NCBI GenBank assembly: GCA_963704885.1
Contig: CAVPIB010000004.1
Coordinates: forward strand, 832,001-896,000
Length of the DNA stretch: 64,000 nucleotides
Direction of reading: 5' to 3'
From: an uncultured Actinomycetes bacterium
GTDB taxonomy: Bacteria > Actinomycetota > UBA4738 > HRBIN12
The translations under genes were made by a program, and so were the position numbers. Of this stretch, positions 49,551 through 62,611 are shown in pieces. Under the pieces are notes generated by a model. That model did no database searches. It saw nothing but the letters and a program-made list of their open reading frames with translations, and was not told the DNA's origin. Numbering within the stretch: position 1 is the stretch's first letter; each line of letters starts with the position of its first letter.

Positions 49551-50546
49551 ATGCGAGACCTAGTGTCGTTGCCCAAGACGGAATTGCACATCCATCTCGA
49601 GGGTTCGATCCGCGTCGCTACGGTGTTGGACCTGGCCGACCGCAGAGGACGTCCGGCGCCGGATGCGCTGGGGCCGGACGGGATCTGGCGCTTCGACGGG
49701 TTCGCGCACTTCATCGACTCCTACGGTGAGGTGTGCAACCTGCTCCGAGATCAGGATGACTTCCGGCGGGTCGGTACTGAGTTCTGCGAAGACCTGGCAG
49801 CACAAGGGATCCGGTATGCCGAGGTGGTCTTCTCGCCGGCGCAGCACGCTGGTCGGCTGGGCGACTGGTTCGGTCCGATAGAGGCCGTGCTGGACGGCTT
49901 CGCGGCCGGCGAGCGCGAGCACGGGATCGTTGCCCGGCTGGAGCCTGACTTCATCCGCGACATGGACGAGGAGAGCAACCAGGGGACGCTCGAGGTCGCG
50001 CTGAAGTACGCGGGACGCGGCGTGGTGGCGATCAACTCGGCCGGCAGCGAGCGTCAGCCCGTCGATCGATACGCGCACCTGATGCGGCAGGCGATCGAGG
50101 CAGGATTGCCCTCCGTTCCTCACGCCGGCGAGTGGGCCGGGCCCCAGAACGTGTGGGAGACGCTCCAGACCCTGCAGCCGTCTCGGATCGGTCATGGAGT
50201 CCGCTCCATCGAGGACCCCGCGCTGGTCGCACACCTGGCCGAGATCGGGATACCCCTCGAGATATCTCCCTCGTCGAACGTGGCGACTGGGGTGTTCGCG
50301 TCGCTCCAGGAGCATCCCTTCCCGAAGCTCCGCGAGGCAGGGGTGGTGGTGACGCTCAACTCGGATGACCCGGCGATGTTCGGATCGTGGCTGAGCGACG
50401 AGTACCGGGTGGCCCGTGAGGTGTTCGGCTATGACGACAAGGAGTTGGCCGATATCGCGCGGGCAGGCGTGGGGGCGTCGTTCGCGGACGACGGACTGAA
50501 GGCGCTGATCGAGCGAGACATCGACGGTTGGCTGGCGGTCGGCTGA
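49551..50546 (+). CDS. add: Adenosine deaminase
   Basis: LPKTELHIHLEG, HAGE, RIGHG, LNSDDP. Confidence 0.9.
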   Translation: MRDLVSLPKTELHIHLEGSIRVATVLDLADRRGRPAPDALGPDGIWRFDGFAHFIDSYGEVCNLLRDQDDFRRVGTEFCEDLAAQGIRYAEVVFSPAQHAGRLGDWFGPIEAVLDGFAAGEREHGIVARLEPDFIRDMDEESNQGTLEVALKYAGRGVVAINSAGSERQPVDRYAHLMRQAIEAGLPSVPHAGEWAGPQNVWETLQTLQPSRIGHGVRSIEDPALVAHLAEIGIPLEISPSSNVATGVFASLQEHPFPKLREAGVVVTLNSDDPAMFGSWLSDEYRVAREVFGYDDKELADIARAGVGASFADDGLKALIERDIDGWLAVG

Positions 50547-50571
50547 GGCCGGCCGGCCGGCAGGAAGGCCG

Positions 50572-51381
50572 CTACCGCTCCGAGATGTTGATGGACTCGA
50601 TGTAGACGGTCTGCGTCGGGACGCTGTTCTCGCCGGGCAGACCGGGATTCTCGGTTCCGCTGATCGCTCCGATCTGGCGCACCACGTCGAAGCCCTTGAT
50701 GACCCTGCCGAAGATCGTGAAGCTCCCCTGCGGCGAAGGATCCAGTTGCGGCGTCGGCTTCAAGGTGATGAAGAACTGACTCCCGTTGCTGTCGGGGCCA
50801 CTGTTCGCGTAGGCCAGGACACCCCTCTTCGCGAAAGTTACGTCGGGCGTGGTCTCGATCTTGAACCCGTAGCCGGGACCGCCCGTGCCGTCGCCCTTCG
50901 GATCGCCACCTTGGATCACGAAGTCGGCGACGATCCTGTGGAACGTGAGCCCGTCGTAGAACCCGTCCTCCGACAGGAAGATGAAATTGTTCACGCCGAT
51001 GGGGGCGGCCTTCTGGTTCAAGAGGACCTCGATCTCGCCGCACGAAGTAACGATCGTCGCCGTGTAGGTGGCCTTCCTATCGATGATCATCTTCGGGGGC
51101 TTCTTGTACGTCTGCTTCTGCACGCCGGCGTCTGCAGGAACGGATCCACCGCAGGCGACCGTAGCCTCGGCCGGGCTCTCGCTGGTGCTGGGCGTTGGGC
51201 TCGCGGCCACCTCGTCGCCGCCGTCGAACACGAACAGAGCGAGTACCGCGACCAGACCTATCGCCAGGACCAAACCGATCGCACCGAGGATGCGATCGCG
51301 ACGTCGGCGCCTGAGATCGCGCTCGGCCTGACGGCGGGCGGCAAGCTTCGCGAGATGGCGTTCTCGGGATCGTTTGGACAT
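50572..51381 (-). CDS. Membrane-anchored cyclophilin-type peptidyl-prolyl isomerase
   Basis: N-terminal TM, FYDGLTFHR, IQGGDP.GDGTGGPGY, NGSQFFIT. Confidence 0.92.
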   Translation of the reverse strand: MSKRSRERHLAKLAARRQAERDLRRRRRDRILGAIGLVLAIGLVAVLALFVFDGGDEVAASPTPSTSESPAEATVACGGSVPADAGVQKQTYKKPPKMIIDRKATYTATIVTSCGEIEVLLNQKAAPIGVNNFIFLSEDGFYDGLTFHRIVADFVIQGGDPKGDGTGGPGYGFKIETTPDVTFAKRGVLAYANSGPDSNGSQFFITLKPTPQLDPSPQGSFTIFGRVIKGFDVVRQIGAISGTENPGLPGENSVPTQTVYIESINISER

Positions 51382-51394
51382 CCGGCCGACGAGG

Positions 51395-52825
51395 TTACCG
51401 GATGTCCAGCATCTCCAAGGCGAGCCCGTCCAAGATGTCCGTCTCGCTCACGAGTGCCCGGTCGAAGCCGAACCGTCGCATGACGGCGGTCAGGATGAGG
51501 CCCCCCGCGACGATCACGTCGCCGCGACCGGGTGCCATGACGGGCAACGCGGCGCGCTCCGCGGCGGTCATGGCGACCAGAGCGGCCAGAACCCGCTCTG
51601 CCCCCGCGAGCGAGAGCCACGTCCGGTGGATCGCCTCGGGGTCGTAACGGTCGAGGCCCAGCGCGATCGCCTGGAGCGTGGTGGCTGTTCCGGCGACGGC
51701 CACGAGCGTGCGCGCATCACCGAGCGGGATCTGCGCCTCAGCCTCGTCCAGCACGTCGTCTACGGCGAGCCGGAGGGTGGTCAACTCCTGCTGGATGGGC
51801 GGATCCGAGCGGATGAACCGCTCGGTCAGCCGGACGCTCCCGATCTGTGTCGAGATCGAGTGCTCCGCGTCACCGGGCTCGTTCCCCATGACGAGCTCCG
51901 TGGAACCGCCGCCGATGTCCAGCACCAGGTAGGGCGAGAGGACGTCGCCGGGGAGTCCGCGTGTCCCACCGAGGAACGACAGGCCGGCCTCCCGTTCGCC
52001 GGAGATGACCTCAAGCTCGGACCCCGCGTGCTCCAGAACGGCTGCGGCGAACTCCTCGCGGTTCTCGGCGTCGCGGACAGCGCTCGTCGCGGCGACGCGG
52101 ATGCGCTCGGCGCCGAGCGCCCGTGCGCGACGACAGTAGCCCGCGAGCACGGCCACGGTTCGCGCCAGCGCGATCGGATCGATCCGGCCGGTGCGATCCA
52201 CACCTTGCCCCAGCCGGGTGATGACCATGTCTCGCGCGAGCTCCGTGGGATCGCCGCCGGTGGCCGTGGCCGGCTCCACGACTAGCAGCCTGATCGAGTT
52301 CGTACCTTGATCGATCGCCGCGACGCGCCCGGCCCGCTGCTCCGGGTGGACGGGCCCCACCTGCCGGGCAACCCAAGCGCCGACCGGATCGACGCCACCG
52401 GCCAGATGGAAGGCGTAGTGCGCGTGGAGGCACTTGACGCCCATCCGGGTGCCTCCGACGCCGCCATCCTCACGCGCCTCGGAAAGTTCGCGCGCGCGAT
52501 CCGCGGCGTAGGCCTCATGGGCGGAGCGCAGGTCGGCCGCGAACACCGGATCCGTCCGTTCCCGCTCGTTGAAACGGGCGATCGCCCCACTCGCCTCGAT
52601 GCGCGCGACCGCCTTGACCGCAGAAGGACAGGTCAGCCAATAGGTCGTGGGGAAGGGTGCGTCGTCGGCGCCCCGAGGGGCGTTGCGGATCACGAGCGGG
52701 TGACCCCCGGTGCAGCGCGCTACGACCGAGAAGGGCACCGTCGGCTCGCGTCCGAGCTGCTCGCGCACGGCGACGAGGTCAGAGCCTCGGAGCTCTCTGT
52801 TCGAGGTTGCGGGGAACGTTTCCAC
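51395..52825 (-). CDS. DUF501 domain fused to Ppx/GppA exopolyphosphatase
   Basis: N-terminal PFPTTYWLTCP...VKCLHAH (DUF501). C-terminal AAIDQGTNSIRL, ATSAVRDA, DIGGGSTE, DILDG (Ppx/GppA). Confidence 0.88.
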   Translation of the reverse strand: METFPATSNRELRGSDLVAVREQLGREPTVPFSVVARCTGGHPLVIRNAPRGADDAPFPTTYWLTCPSAVKAVARIEASGAIARFNERERTDPVFAADLRSAHEAYAADRARELSEAREDGGVGGTRMGVKCLHAHYAFHLAGGVDPVGAWVARQVGPVHPEQRAGRVAAIDQGTNSIRLLVVEPATATGGDPTELARDMVITRLGQGVDRTGRIDPIALARTVAVLAGYCRRARALGAERIRVAATSAVRDAENREEFAAAVLEHAGSELEVISGEREAGLSFLGGTRGLPGDVLSPYLVLDIGGGSTELVMGNEPGDAEHSISTQIGSVRLTERFIRSDPPIQQELTTLRLAVDDVLDEAEAQIPLGDARTLVAVAGTATTLQAIALGLDRYDPEAIHRTWLSLAGAERVLAALVAMTAAERAALPVMAPGRGDVIVAGGLILTAVMRRFGFDRALVSETDILDGLALEMLDIR

Positions 52826-52897
52826 GAGCGCTCATCTTGGCAGGGCGGCCTTGAACTCACCGCCACACCGAGCTGGTTCGAGCCGAGCGTCGCCCGG

Positions 52898-53260
52898 CTA
52901 CTTGCGCTTGTTCTCGACCGCTCGCTTGTAGTCGACCAGGTTCTCTTCGCTCGACTTCATGAACTTCTTGAGCATCTGTTCGAACCCGGGGTCCGCACCC
53001 CGACGCTGCCGGACAGGCGCGGGGTCCTGCAGGGCCTTGATCGAGAGGTCGATCTTCCCGTCCTCCTTGATCGCCTGGACCTTCGCCTGGACGACGTCAC
53101 CTTCGCGGAGGTGCTCGTGGACATCCTTGACGTAGTTCCGGTCGATCTCGGATATGTGAACGAGGCCTAGACGGCCGTCATCGAGCTTGAGGAACGCTCC
53201 GTACGGCGTGATGCGTTCAACGGTGCCGTCGATCACGGCCCCTACTTCGATCTCAGCGAT
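52898..53260 (-). CDS. S1 RNA-binding domain protein (YabR/GSP13-like), start uncertain (ATC at 53260 or GTG at 53236)
   Basis: ITPYGAF, GLVHISEI, GKIDLSIK, FEQMLKKFMKSSEE. Confidence 0.85.
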   Translation of the reverse strand: MAEIEVGAVIDGTVERITPYGAFLKLDDGRLGLVHISEIDRNYVKDVHEHLREGDVVQAKVQAIKEDGKIDLSIKALQDPAPVRQRRGADPGFEQMLKKFMKSSEENLVDYKRAVENKRK

Positions 53261-53370
53261 GTCGTGAACCCACTTTCGGTGCAGACTGCTCGGGCCGTCC
53301 CGAGCGGCAGGTGGCCAGTGTGCGGGAATCGTTCCTGCACGTCAATGCCGGTGCGGTAGGGTCCGGCCTC

Positions 53371-53970
53371 ATGGACTTCAAGGAGGTCGTTCGCCGCCGC
53401 CGTATGGTCCGGCGGTTCGATCAGCGACCGGTGCCCACCGACATGATGGATCGCATACTTGACGCGGGTCGTCGGGCGCCATCCGCGGGTTTCTCACAAG
53501 GGCTCGAGCTGCTGGTCCTGGACACCCGCGAGACGGTCGCCGATTTCTGGGCGATCACTCGCGACCCCGAGTTTCCCTGGGAGGACGATGACATCGCGGT
53601 CGGCCCCACCGTGCTGGTCTTACCGCTGCCCGACAAGGCGCGCTACATAGATAGGTACTCGCAGCCGGACAAGATCGCGTTCGGCATGGACGACGAGGCG
53701 CAGTGGCCGGTGCGTTTCTGGGAAATCGACGCAGCCATGGCCTCCATGCTCATGTTGCTCGCCGCTGTCGACGAGGGCCTGGGCGGCTGGTACTTCGGCA
53801 TCGTCCACGGGGAACGCGAGCTGCTGGACCGGTTCGGCGTCCCCGCCGAGCTCAGGCCGATCGGCATCGTCGGGTTCGGCTACCGAGCAGAGGACGAACA
53901 GCCGCAGGGGTCGTGGACGAAGCGACGCCGCCGACCGTTCGAGGAGCAGATCCACCGCAACGGCTGGTGA
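53371..53970 (+). CDS. Nitroreductase family protein
   Basis: RRRRMVRRF, APSAGFSQG, LLAAVDEGLG. Contains one in-frame TTA codon at 53620. Confidence 0.88.
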   Translation: MDFKEVVRRRRMVRRFDQRPVPTDMMDRILDAGRRAPSAGFSQGLELLVLDTRETVADFWAITRDPEFPWEDDDIAVGPTVLVLPLPDKARYIDRYSQPDKIAFGMDDEAQWPVRFWEIDAAMASMLMLLAAVDEGLGGWYFGIVHGERELLDRFGVPAELRPIGIVGFGYRAEDEQPQGSWTKRRRRPFEEQIHRNGW

Positions 53971-53976
53971 CGGGCC

Positions 53977-56473
<2,497 letters not shown>

Positions 56474-56509
56474 GGCGCCAAGCGTACCGAAGCGCTCATC
56501 CGGTACGAC

Positions 56510-57460
56510 TCAGACCACCGAGGAGGGATCCGTGTTCGCACCGCAAACCAGGACCACCACCCGCTCGCCGACTTCGGGGCGGTACACGCCGGAAAGGAGC
56601 GCCGCCAAGGCCGCGGCGCCTCCGGGCTCGGCCACCACATGGACGTCGCGCCAGAGTTGGCGTTGCGCATCGAAGATCGCATCGTCGGTGATAAGCACGA
56701 CCCGGTCCACGAACGCGCGGGCGATGTCGAAGGCGATCGCACCCACCCGGCGGGGCCCGAGGGAGTCGGCGGCCATGCCGCCCACGGCGACGTCGACCGG
56801 CTCTCCGGCTTGAAGCGCCGCATGCATGGTGGGACAGGCCTCGGGCTCCACACCGACCACCCGGACGTCACCTCCGAACCATGCCGCGATCCCGGCGATC
56901 AGCCCGCCGCCGCCGATCGCTACCAGCACCGTGTCGACGTCGGGCACCTGCTCCGTGATCTCCATACCGACCGTTCCCCCGCCGGCGATCACCTCGGGCT
57001 GATCGAACGGATGCATCCACAGGGCTCCGCTCCCACCGGCGTACTCGTGAGCGGCAGCGGAGGCCTCACTGTAATAGCCGGGGACAACGTGGACGTCGGC
57101 GCCCAGCTCGCGGATCCGGTCGATCTTGGCCGCCGGCGACGTGTCCGGTACGAAGATCTCGGCGCGATGGCCGAGCGATCGCGCGGCGTAGGCCACCGCC
57201 AGCCCGAAGTTGCCACCAGAGGCGGCGATCACGCCGGTCTCCGGGACGTCTGAGACAAGCATCTTGTTGAACGCCCCTCGCGGCTTGAACGATCCTGTGT
57301 GTTGGAGCAGCTCGAGCTTGAGCGTGACCGGTCCGTCCAGGCCGAACGCCCCCGGCCCCGGCTGGAGCACAGGCGTCACGCGGACGTGCGGGGCGATCCG
57401 ATCGCGGGCATCGCGGATATCCGCTGGCTCGACGGATGGCGACGTTACGGGAGCGCTCAT
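56510..57460 (-). CDS. PLP-dependent threonine/serine dehydratase (fold type II)
   Basis: LKLELLQHTGSFKPRG, ASGGNFG, IGGGGL, CGAN. Confidence 0.9.
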   Translation of the reverse strand: MSAPVTSPSVEPADIRDARDRIAPHVRVTPVLQPGPGAFGLDGPVTLKLELLQHTGSFKPRGAFNKMLVSDVPETGVIAASGGNFGLAVAYAARSLGHRAEIFVPDTSPAAKIDRIRELGADVHVVPGYYSEASAAAHEYAGGSGALWMHPFDQPEVIAGGGTVGMEITEQVPDVDTVLVAIGGGGLIAGIAAWFGGDVRVVGVEPEACPTMHAALQAGEPVDVAVGGMAADSLGPRRVGAIAFDIARAFVDRVVLITDDAIFDAQRQLWRDVHVVAEPGGAAALAALLSGVYRPEVGERVVVLVCGANTDPSSVV

Positions 57461-58257
57461 GATGTGCGCGCCTGGCGGAACAGCGAGCGGATATCCGACT
57501 CGGACATCGTGTCCAAGTCCAAACCGCGCTCCTTCACGATCGCCATGAACCTCTCGTACCGCTGGGCGAACCCGCGGATCGTGCGGCGAAGGGCGCTCTC
57601 CGCGTCAACGTCGAGCTTCCGCGCAACCGCGACGACGGAGAAGAGCACGTCGCCGATCTCCTCCTCCGCGTCGTCGACCTCACCCGTCTGGATCGCGGCC
57701 TCAAGCTCGTCTACCTCTTCGTGAAGCGCCGCAAGCGCGCTCTGAACAGAACGCCATTCGAAGCCCCACCCGGCTGCGCGGCGCTGGACCTTGCCGGCGC
57801 GCGCGAGAGCCGGGAGCGTGACTGGGATGTCGTCCTCGAGTGGGCGTTCGCCCTTCTCGTGGGTCTTGAGCCTCTCCCAGTTCACGAGCACCTCGTCTGA
57901 GTCCTCGACCTGGACGTCGCCGAACACATGCGGGTGTCGGTGGATCAGCTTTCCGACCAACCCCTCCGCCACGTCGTCCACGTCCCACAGGCCGTCGTCG
58001 GCCGCGATCTGGGCGTGGAAAGTGACCTGCAGCAGCAGGTCGCCCAGCTCCTCGCGGATCGCGTCGGAGTCGTCGGCGTCGATCGCCTCCATCAGCTCGT
58101 GGGTCTCTTCGAGCAGGTGCTTAGCGAGCGTCTGGTGCGTCTGTTCGGCGTCCCACGGACAGCCGCCCGGGGCACGCAACCGTGCCTGGATGCGGACCAG
58201 GTCCAGCAGGCGCTCCCCACCCTGGCTGGACGGAACCGGCTCGCCCACTTGGCTCAC
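57457..58257 (-). CDS. mazG: Nucleoside triphosphate pyrophosphohydrolase MazG
   Basis: LRAPGGCPWD, EELGDLLLQV, RHPHVF, second EEEIGD motif. Confidence 0.95.
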   Translation of the reverse strand: MSQVGEPVPSSQGGERLLDLVRIQARLRAPGGCPWDAEQTHQTLAKHLLEETHELMEAIDADDSDAIREELGDLLLQVTFHAQIAADDGLWDVDDVAEGLVGKLIHRHPHVFGDVQVEDSDEVLVNWERLKTHEKGERPLEDDIPVTLPALARAGKVQRRAAGWGFEWRSVQSALAALHEEVDELEAAIQTGEVDDAEEEIGDVLFSVVAVARKLDVDAESALRRTIRGFAQRYERFMAIVKERGLDLDTMSESDIRSLFRQARTS

Positions 58258-59267
58258 GCCGAAGGGCTGGAGACCGAGGCCGCGCCGGCGTCGGTCTCGG
58301 TGCTGGAGATGCGGACGACCTGAAGGGTCTCGACGTCGAACCTGCCGTAACTCGGGTTCACGTCCACGCCCTGTGCCTCTGCCTGCTCACGCATCCATGC
58401 GTTGAACTCCACGATGGAGCGCGAGTCGATCAACGACGCCTTCACCTCGTCTAAGGACTGGACCTGCTTATCCACCATCCGTATCACGTGCCAGCCGAAC
58501 TCCGTCTTCACCGGCTGAGATATCTCACCGGACTCGAGGGCGGCGGCGGCCGTCGCGAACGGCGTCACGTACTGCGAAGCGGGCGCAGACCCCAAGCCGC
58601 CGCCGTTCTCCGCAGCGCTCGGATCGATCGAAACCTCTTTGGCCAGGTCCGTGAACGTCTGCTCCGTGGCGCTGGGAGCGGTGACCTGTGCGTACACGTC
58701 TAGGGCCTCGGACTGCGTGTCCACCAAGATGTGCTGCACCTGCACGGTGGTGTGGTCGAGGATGCCGTCCTGATAGAGCTTCTCCAGGTCGGCCTGGGAC
58801 ACGCGATCCTCGGTCACAGCCGTCTTCACCCTGCCGTACAGGATGATGCGGCGCGCCAGATCGGCGAGATCGTCGCGCGTCAGATCGTTCTGGTCGAGTT
58901 GTTCGTTCACGGCTTTCTTGCCGAGCGAGTCGTCCAGCTGCTTCAGCGTTGCCGTTACGTCGGCGTCGGTCACGGCGATGTCGTTCGCCACGGCGTAGTC
59001 GGCCACGATGCGCTCCTGGATCACGTTCGTGAGTGCGAACCGCGCACAAGCCGACTGCTGGGTCTCACCCTCCTCCTTGGTGCCGCACGGCTGCTGGTTG
59101 AGGGCCGAGAGGAACGAGACGACGTTCTCCTCGTGCGCGAGCTGCTCGTCGGTGACGTCGACGCCGTTGATCGTCGCGGCCGGCGAGGCAGCGTCTGCGC
59201 ACCCCACCAGGAAGGTGAGTGCGAGCGCCAGGAGCACGACGGCAAGACGAAGGATGCGGGGAGTCAC
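58254..59267 (-). CDS. Parvulin-type PPIase / PrsA-like foldase lipoprotein
   Basis: Lipobox LVGC, HILV, S.DPSAAENGG.LG, SQPVKTEFGWHVI. Confidence 0.88.
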   Translation of the reverse strand: MTPRILRLAVVLLALALTFLVGCADAASPAATINGVDVTDEQLAHEENVVSFLSALNQQPCGTKEEGETQQSACARFALTNVIQERIVADYAVANDIAVTDADVTATLKQLDDSLGKKAVNEQLDQNDLTRDDLADLARRIILYGRVKTAVTEDRVSQADLEKLYQDGILDHTTVQVQHILVDTQSEALDVYAQVTAPSATEQTFTDLAKEVSIDPSAAENGGGLGSAPASQYVTPFATAAAALESGEISQPVKTEFGWHVIRMVDKQVQSLDEVKASLIDSRSIVEFNAWMREQAEAQGVDVNPSYGRFDVETLQVVRISSTETDAGAASVSSPSA

Positions 59268-59278
59268 GAGCGGTGAGT

Positions 59279-62200
59279 CTATCCGACGGTCCCGCTAAGG
59301 CCGGCCGCCTCCAACAGACGCGACTCGACCGCACGAACCAGGTCCTGCCCGAACACCCGTCCGGGGGTGAGGTTCAGCGTCTGCTTCGCGTCGTGGAACG
59401 TGGCGCCCGGCACCCGCTGATCCAGATCGGCGAGCAGGTCATCCGCGAGCGCGACGGGCCGGAGCCGGACCTGGTCGCGGAAGGTCACGATCTCCTCGAC
59501 GCCGATGGCGGCGGCGGTCACGCGGAGCGACGCGACGGCGAATAGCGTCTCGACCTCAGGCGGGAGCGCGCCGTAGCGGTCGATCGTCTCGGTCCGGACC
59601 CGCTCGAGTTCGTCGTGCTCGCCGGCCGTGGAGATCCGCCGGTAGAGGTCCAGACGGAGCGCTTCCTGCGCGACCCATCCCGGCGGAACGAACGCCTTGA
59701 TCGGCAGGTCTATCCGGAGCTCCTTCTGCACCGGCATGGGCTCGCCCTTCATCTCGGCGACCGACTCCTGGAGGATCCGGCAGTACGTGTCGAAGCCCAC
59801 CGCCGCGATATGCCCGTGCTGTTCGGCGCCGAGCAGGTTGCCGGCGCCTCGGATCTCCAGGTCGCGCAACGCGATCTGGAAACCGCTCCCGAGCGACTGG
59901 TGCTTGCTGATCGTGGCCAATCGCTCGTGCGCCTCCTCGGTCAGCTCGCGGGTCGGAGGGAAGAAGAAGTAGGCGAACGCTCGCTCGCTGGAACGCCCGA
60001 CCCGGCCGCGCAGCTGGTACATCTGCGCAAGGCCGAGCAGATGAGACGCGTCCACGATGAGGGTGTTGGCGTTGGGCACATCCAGACCACTTTCGATGAT
60101 CACGGAGCAGACCAGCACGTCGGCCTCGCGCTCCCAGAACTTCATCATCTGCTTCTCCAGGTCGGCCTCGTCCATCTGGCCGTGCGCGATCACCACGCGC
60201 GCATCCGGGAGCTGCTCCTGCAGCCACGCAGCCTGTCGGTCGATGGTGGCCACGCGGTTGTGGACCCAGAACACCTGACCTTCCCGCAGCAGTTCGCGTC
60301 TGACCGCGCCGAGCGCCAGACCCTCGTCGTACGGGCCCACGTAGGTAAGCACCGGCTGGCGATCCTCGGGCGGTGTGTCGATCGTGGACATGTCGCGGAT
60401 CCCCGTCAACGCCATCTCCAGCGTGCGCGGGATGGGCGTGGCGGTCATGGTCAACACGTCTACGTGCGCTCGCATGGTCTTGAGCCGCTCCTTGTGGACC
60501 ACGCCGAACCGCTGCTCCTCATCGACGACGACGAGGCCCAGATCCTTGAACATCACGTCGCTGCTCAGCAGACGGTGCGTCCCGATCACGACGTCGATCG
60601 CGCCCCTGCCCACGTCGGCGATCACGCGTTTCTGCTCGGGCGGCGCCACGAACCGCGACAGCATGGCCACCTTCACCGGGAACGGCGCGAATCGTTCGCC
60701 GAAGGTGATGAAGTGCTGCTCCGCGAGGAGCGTGGTGGGAACCAAGACCGCCACCTGCTTGCCCTCCATCACGGCTTTGAACGCCGCTCGGACGGCGACC
60801 TCCGTCTTGCCGAACCCCACGTCGCCGCAGATCAGGCGGTCCATCGGCTTCGGGAGCAGCATGTCCTGCTTGACCTCTTCGATCGCGGTGAGCTGGTCTC
60901 CGGTCTCGTCGTGAGGGAACGCGTCCTCCAGCTCTAGCTGCCAAGGGGTGTCGGGGCCGAACGCGTGACCGACCACCGACATCCGAACGCTGTAGAGGCG
61001 GACCAGCTCGCCGGCCATGTCGCGGACCGCACGCTTCACCTTGGTGGTCGCGCGCGCCCAGTCGGAGCCGCCCAGGCGGTGCAGCCTGGGCGCGTCGCCG
61101 CCCAGGTAGCGTGCGACCATGCCCACCTGGTCGCTCGGCACGAAAAGCTTGTCGCCCTGCGCGTACTCCAAGATCAGGTAGTCGCGTTCGGCGCCCGCGA
61201 GCGCGCGGTGCGTGATCCCCGTGTACCTCCCCACGCCGTGTATGCGGTGGACCGCGAAGTCGCCGGGTTCGAGCTCCTCGGCGATCGTGTCGGTTCGCCG
61301 GTGGATGAACCGCGGTGCGGTGCGCGTGTGCCGGCGCGCTCCGAAGAGGTCCTCCTCGGTTGCGACGGCGAGCGTCGCGGCCGCCGAGACGAAGCCGTTC
61401 GTGAGCGGAGCCTCGACCGTCTGCGCCTCCACGTCGCCGATCAGCTCGCGCACGCGGTCGAGCGAACCGTGCCCGCGCGCGGACACGATGAGCCGGTACC
61501 CCTGGGAGGAAAGGGCCGCGAGCCGCTGAGCGAGCTCGGCGGGATTCCCTTGCGCGCTCCCCCAGTCGGACAACCCCAGATCGAGGCCTTCCGTGAACTC
61601 GGACAGGTGCATCTGTACGTGATCGCCGAGCGAGTCCTCGAGCGGACGCAGGACGTGCGGGCCGGGCCATGCCGTCGCCTCTGCGAGCGCCTCGGCCTCC
61701 TCATGCGCCTGACGCCCGCGATCTTGGGTCCGCCGCGCCTGAGCGAGCACGACCCACGAGCCGCTCGGCAACAGCTCCGCGACGGTGGGCATCAGATCGA
61801 ACAGGAACGGCGCGAACGTCTCGGTGCCCTCGACGTACAGCCCATCGCCTATCCGCTGCAGCGCGTCGCGGAACCGGTCTCCCTCGAGCTGCGCCCGGCG
61901 CGTGGCGAGCGCGCGGAGCGCGTCGTCGGGGATCAGCTCGCGCACCGCCGGCGCCAGCACTCGCGCGACCTTGGCCGTGGAGAGCTGGGTGGACGGCGAG
62001 AACTCGCGGAGCGATTCGATCGCATCGCCTACGTACTCCAGACGAGCTGGGCGGCGTGCGTCGCCAGCGAATACGTCGACCACTCCCCCGCGGACCGCGA
62101 ACTCGCCGCGGTGCTCCACCACGTCGGCTCGTGTGTAACCAAGGTCGACGAGGCGTTCGGCGAGCGCGTCCGGCGGGAGCTCCCTACCGACGACCAGCTC

Positions 62201-62611
62201 GAGCGGCGGTACAGCGCCCAAGGTTGGGATCAAGCCCTGCATGGCCGCGAGGGCGGGGGCGACCACGACGAACGGTCCGGTAGCCTCGCGCAGCCGGTGG
62301 ATGGCATCAGCACGGCGGGCGGCGATCTCCGGCGTGGGGCCTATGCCCTCGTACGGGAGGGCCTCCCACGCCGGAAGCAGCGCCACGCTCTCCTCGTCCA
62401 GATAGGCGGCCGCGCCCGTGGCCAGAGCCTCGGCCTCCCTGGGTCCGGGGGTCACCGCCAAGATCACGGTGTCCAGGGCACGCGCCAGCCCGGCGAGAAG
62501 TGCGTCCTCGCCGGCCTCGGAGTGCGCCAGGATCGGACGCGCTCGCTCGAGCAGCAAGCGCTCGAACGGCTCCGATGCCACGAGCGCGTCCAGCGCCCCC
62601 TCCAGGCTCAC
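59279..62611 (-). CDS. mfd: Transcription-repair coupling factor
   Basis: UvrB-like N-terminus, CarD/RID (VHRIHGVG), GDVGFGKT, DEEQRFG, TATPIPRT, QLRGRVGR, TRG motif, TRCF C-terminus. Confidence 0.98.
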   Translation of the reverse strand: MSLEGALDALVASEPFERLLLERARPILAHSEAGEDALLAGLARALDTVILAVTPGPREAEALATGAAAYLDEESVALLPAWEALPYEGIGPTPEIAARRADAIHRLREATGPFVVVAPALAAMQGLIPTLGAVPPLELVVGRELPPDALAERLVDLGYTRADVVEHRGEFAVRGGVVDVFAGDARRPARLEYVGDAIESLREFSPSTQLSTAKVARVLAPAVRELIPDDALRALATRRAQLEGDRFRDALQRIGDGLYVEGTETFAPFLFDLMPTVAELLPSGSWVVLAQARRTQDRGRQAHEEAEALAEATAWPGPHVLRPLEDSLGDHVQMHLSEFTEGLDLGLSDWGSAQGNPAELAQRLAALSSQGYRLIVSARGHGSLDRVRELIGDVEAQTVEAPLTNGFVSAAATLAVATEEDLFGARRHTRTAPRFIHRRTDTIAEELEPGDFAVHRIHGVGRYTGITHRALAGAERDYLILEYAQGDKLFVPSDQVGMVARYLGGDAPRLHRLGGSDWARATTKVKRAVRDMAGELVRLYSVRMSVVGHAFGPDTPWQLELEDAFPHDETGDQLTAIEEVKQDMLLPKPMDRLICGDVGFGKTEVAVRAAFKAVMEGKQVAVLVPTTLLAEQHFITFGERFAPFPVKVAMLSRFVAPPEQKRVIADVGRGAIDVVIGTHRLLSSDVMFKDLGLVVVDEEQRFGVVHKERLKTMRAHVDVLTMTATPIPRTLEMALTGIRDMSTIDTPPEDRQPVLTYVGPYDEGLALGAVRRELLREGQVFWVHNRVATIDRQAAWLQEQLPDARVVIAHGQMDEADLEKQMMKFWEREADVLVCSVIIESGLDVPNANTLIVDASHLLGLAQMYQLRGRVGRSSERAFAYFFFPPTRELTEEAHERLATISKHQSLGSGFQIALRDLEIRGAGNLLGAEQHGHIAAVGFDTYCRILQESVAEMKGEPMPVQKELRIDLPIKAFVPPGWVAQEALRLDLYRRISTAGEHDELERVRTETIDRYGALPPEVETLFAVASLRVTAAAIGVEEIVTFRDQVRLRPVALADDLLADLDQRVPGATFHDAKQTLNLTPGRVFGQDLVRAVESRLLEAAGLSGTVG

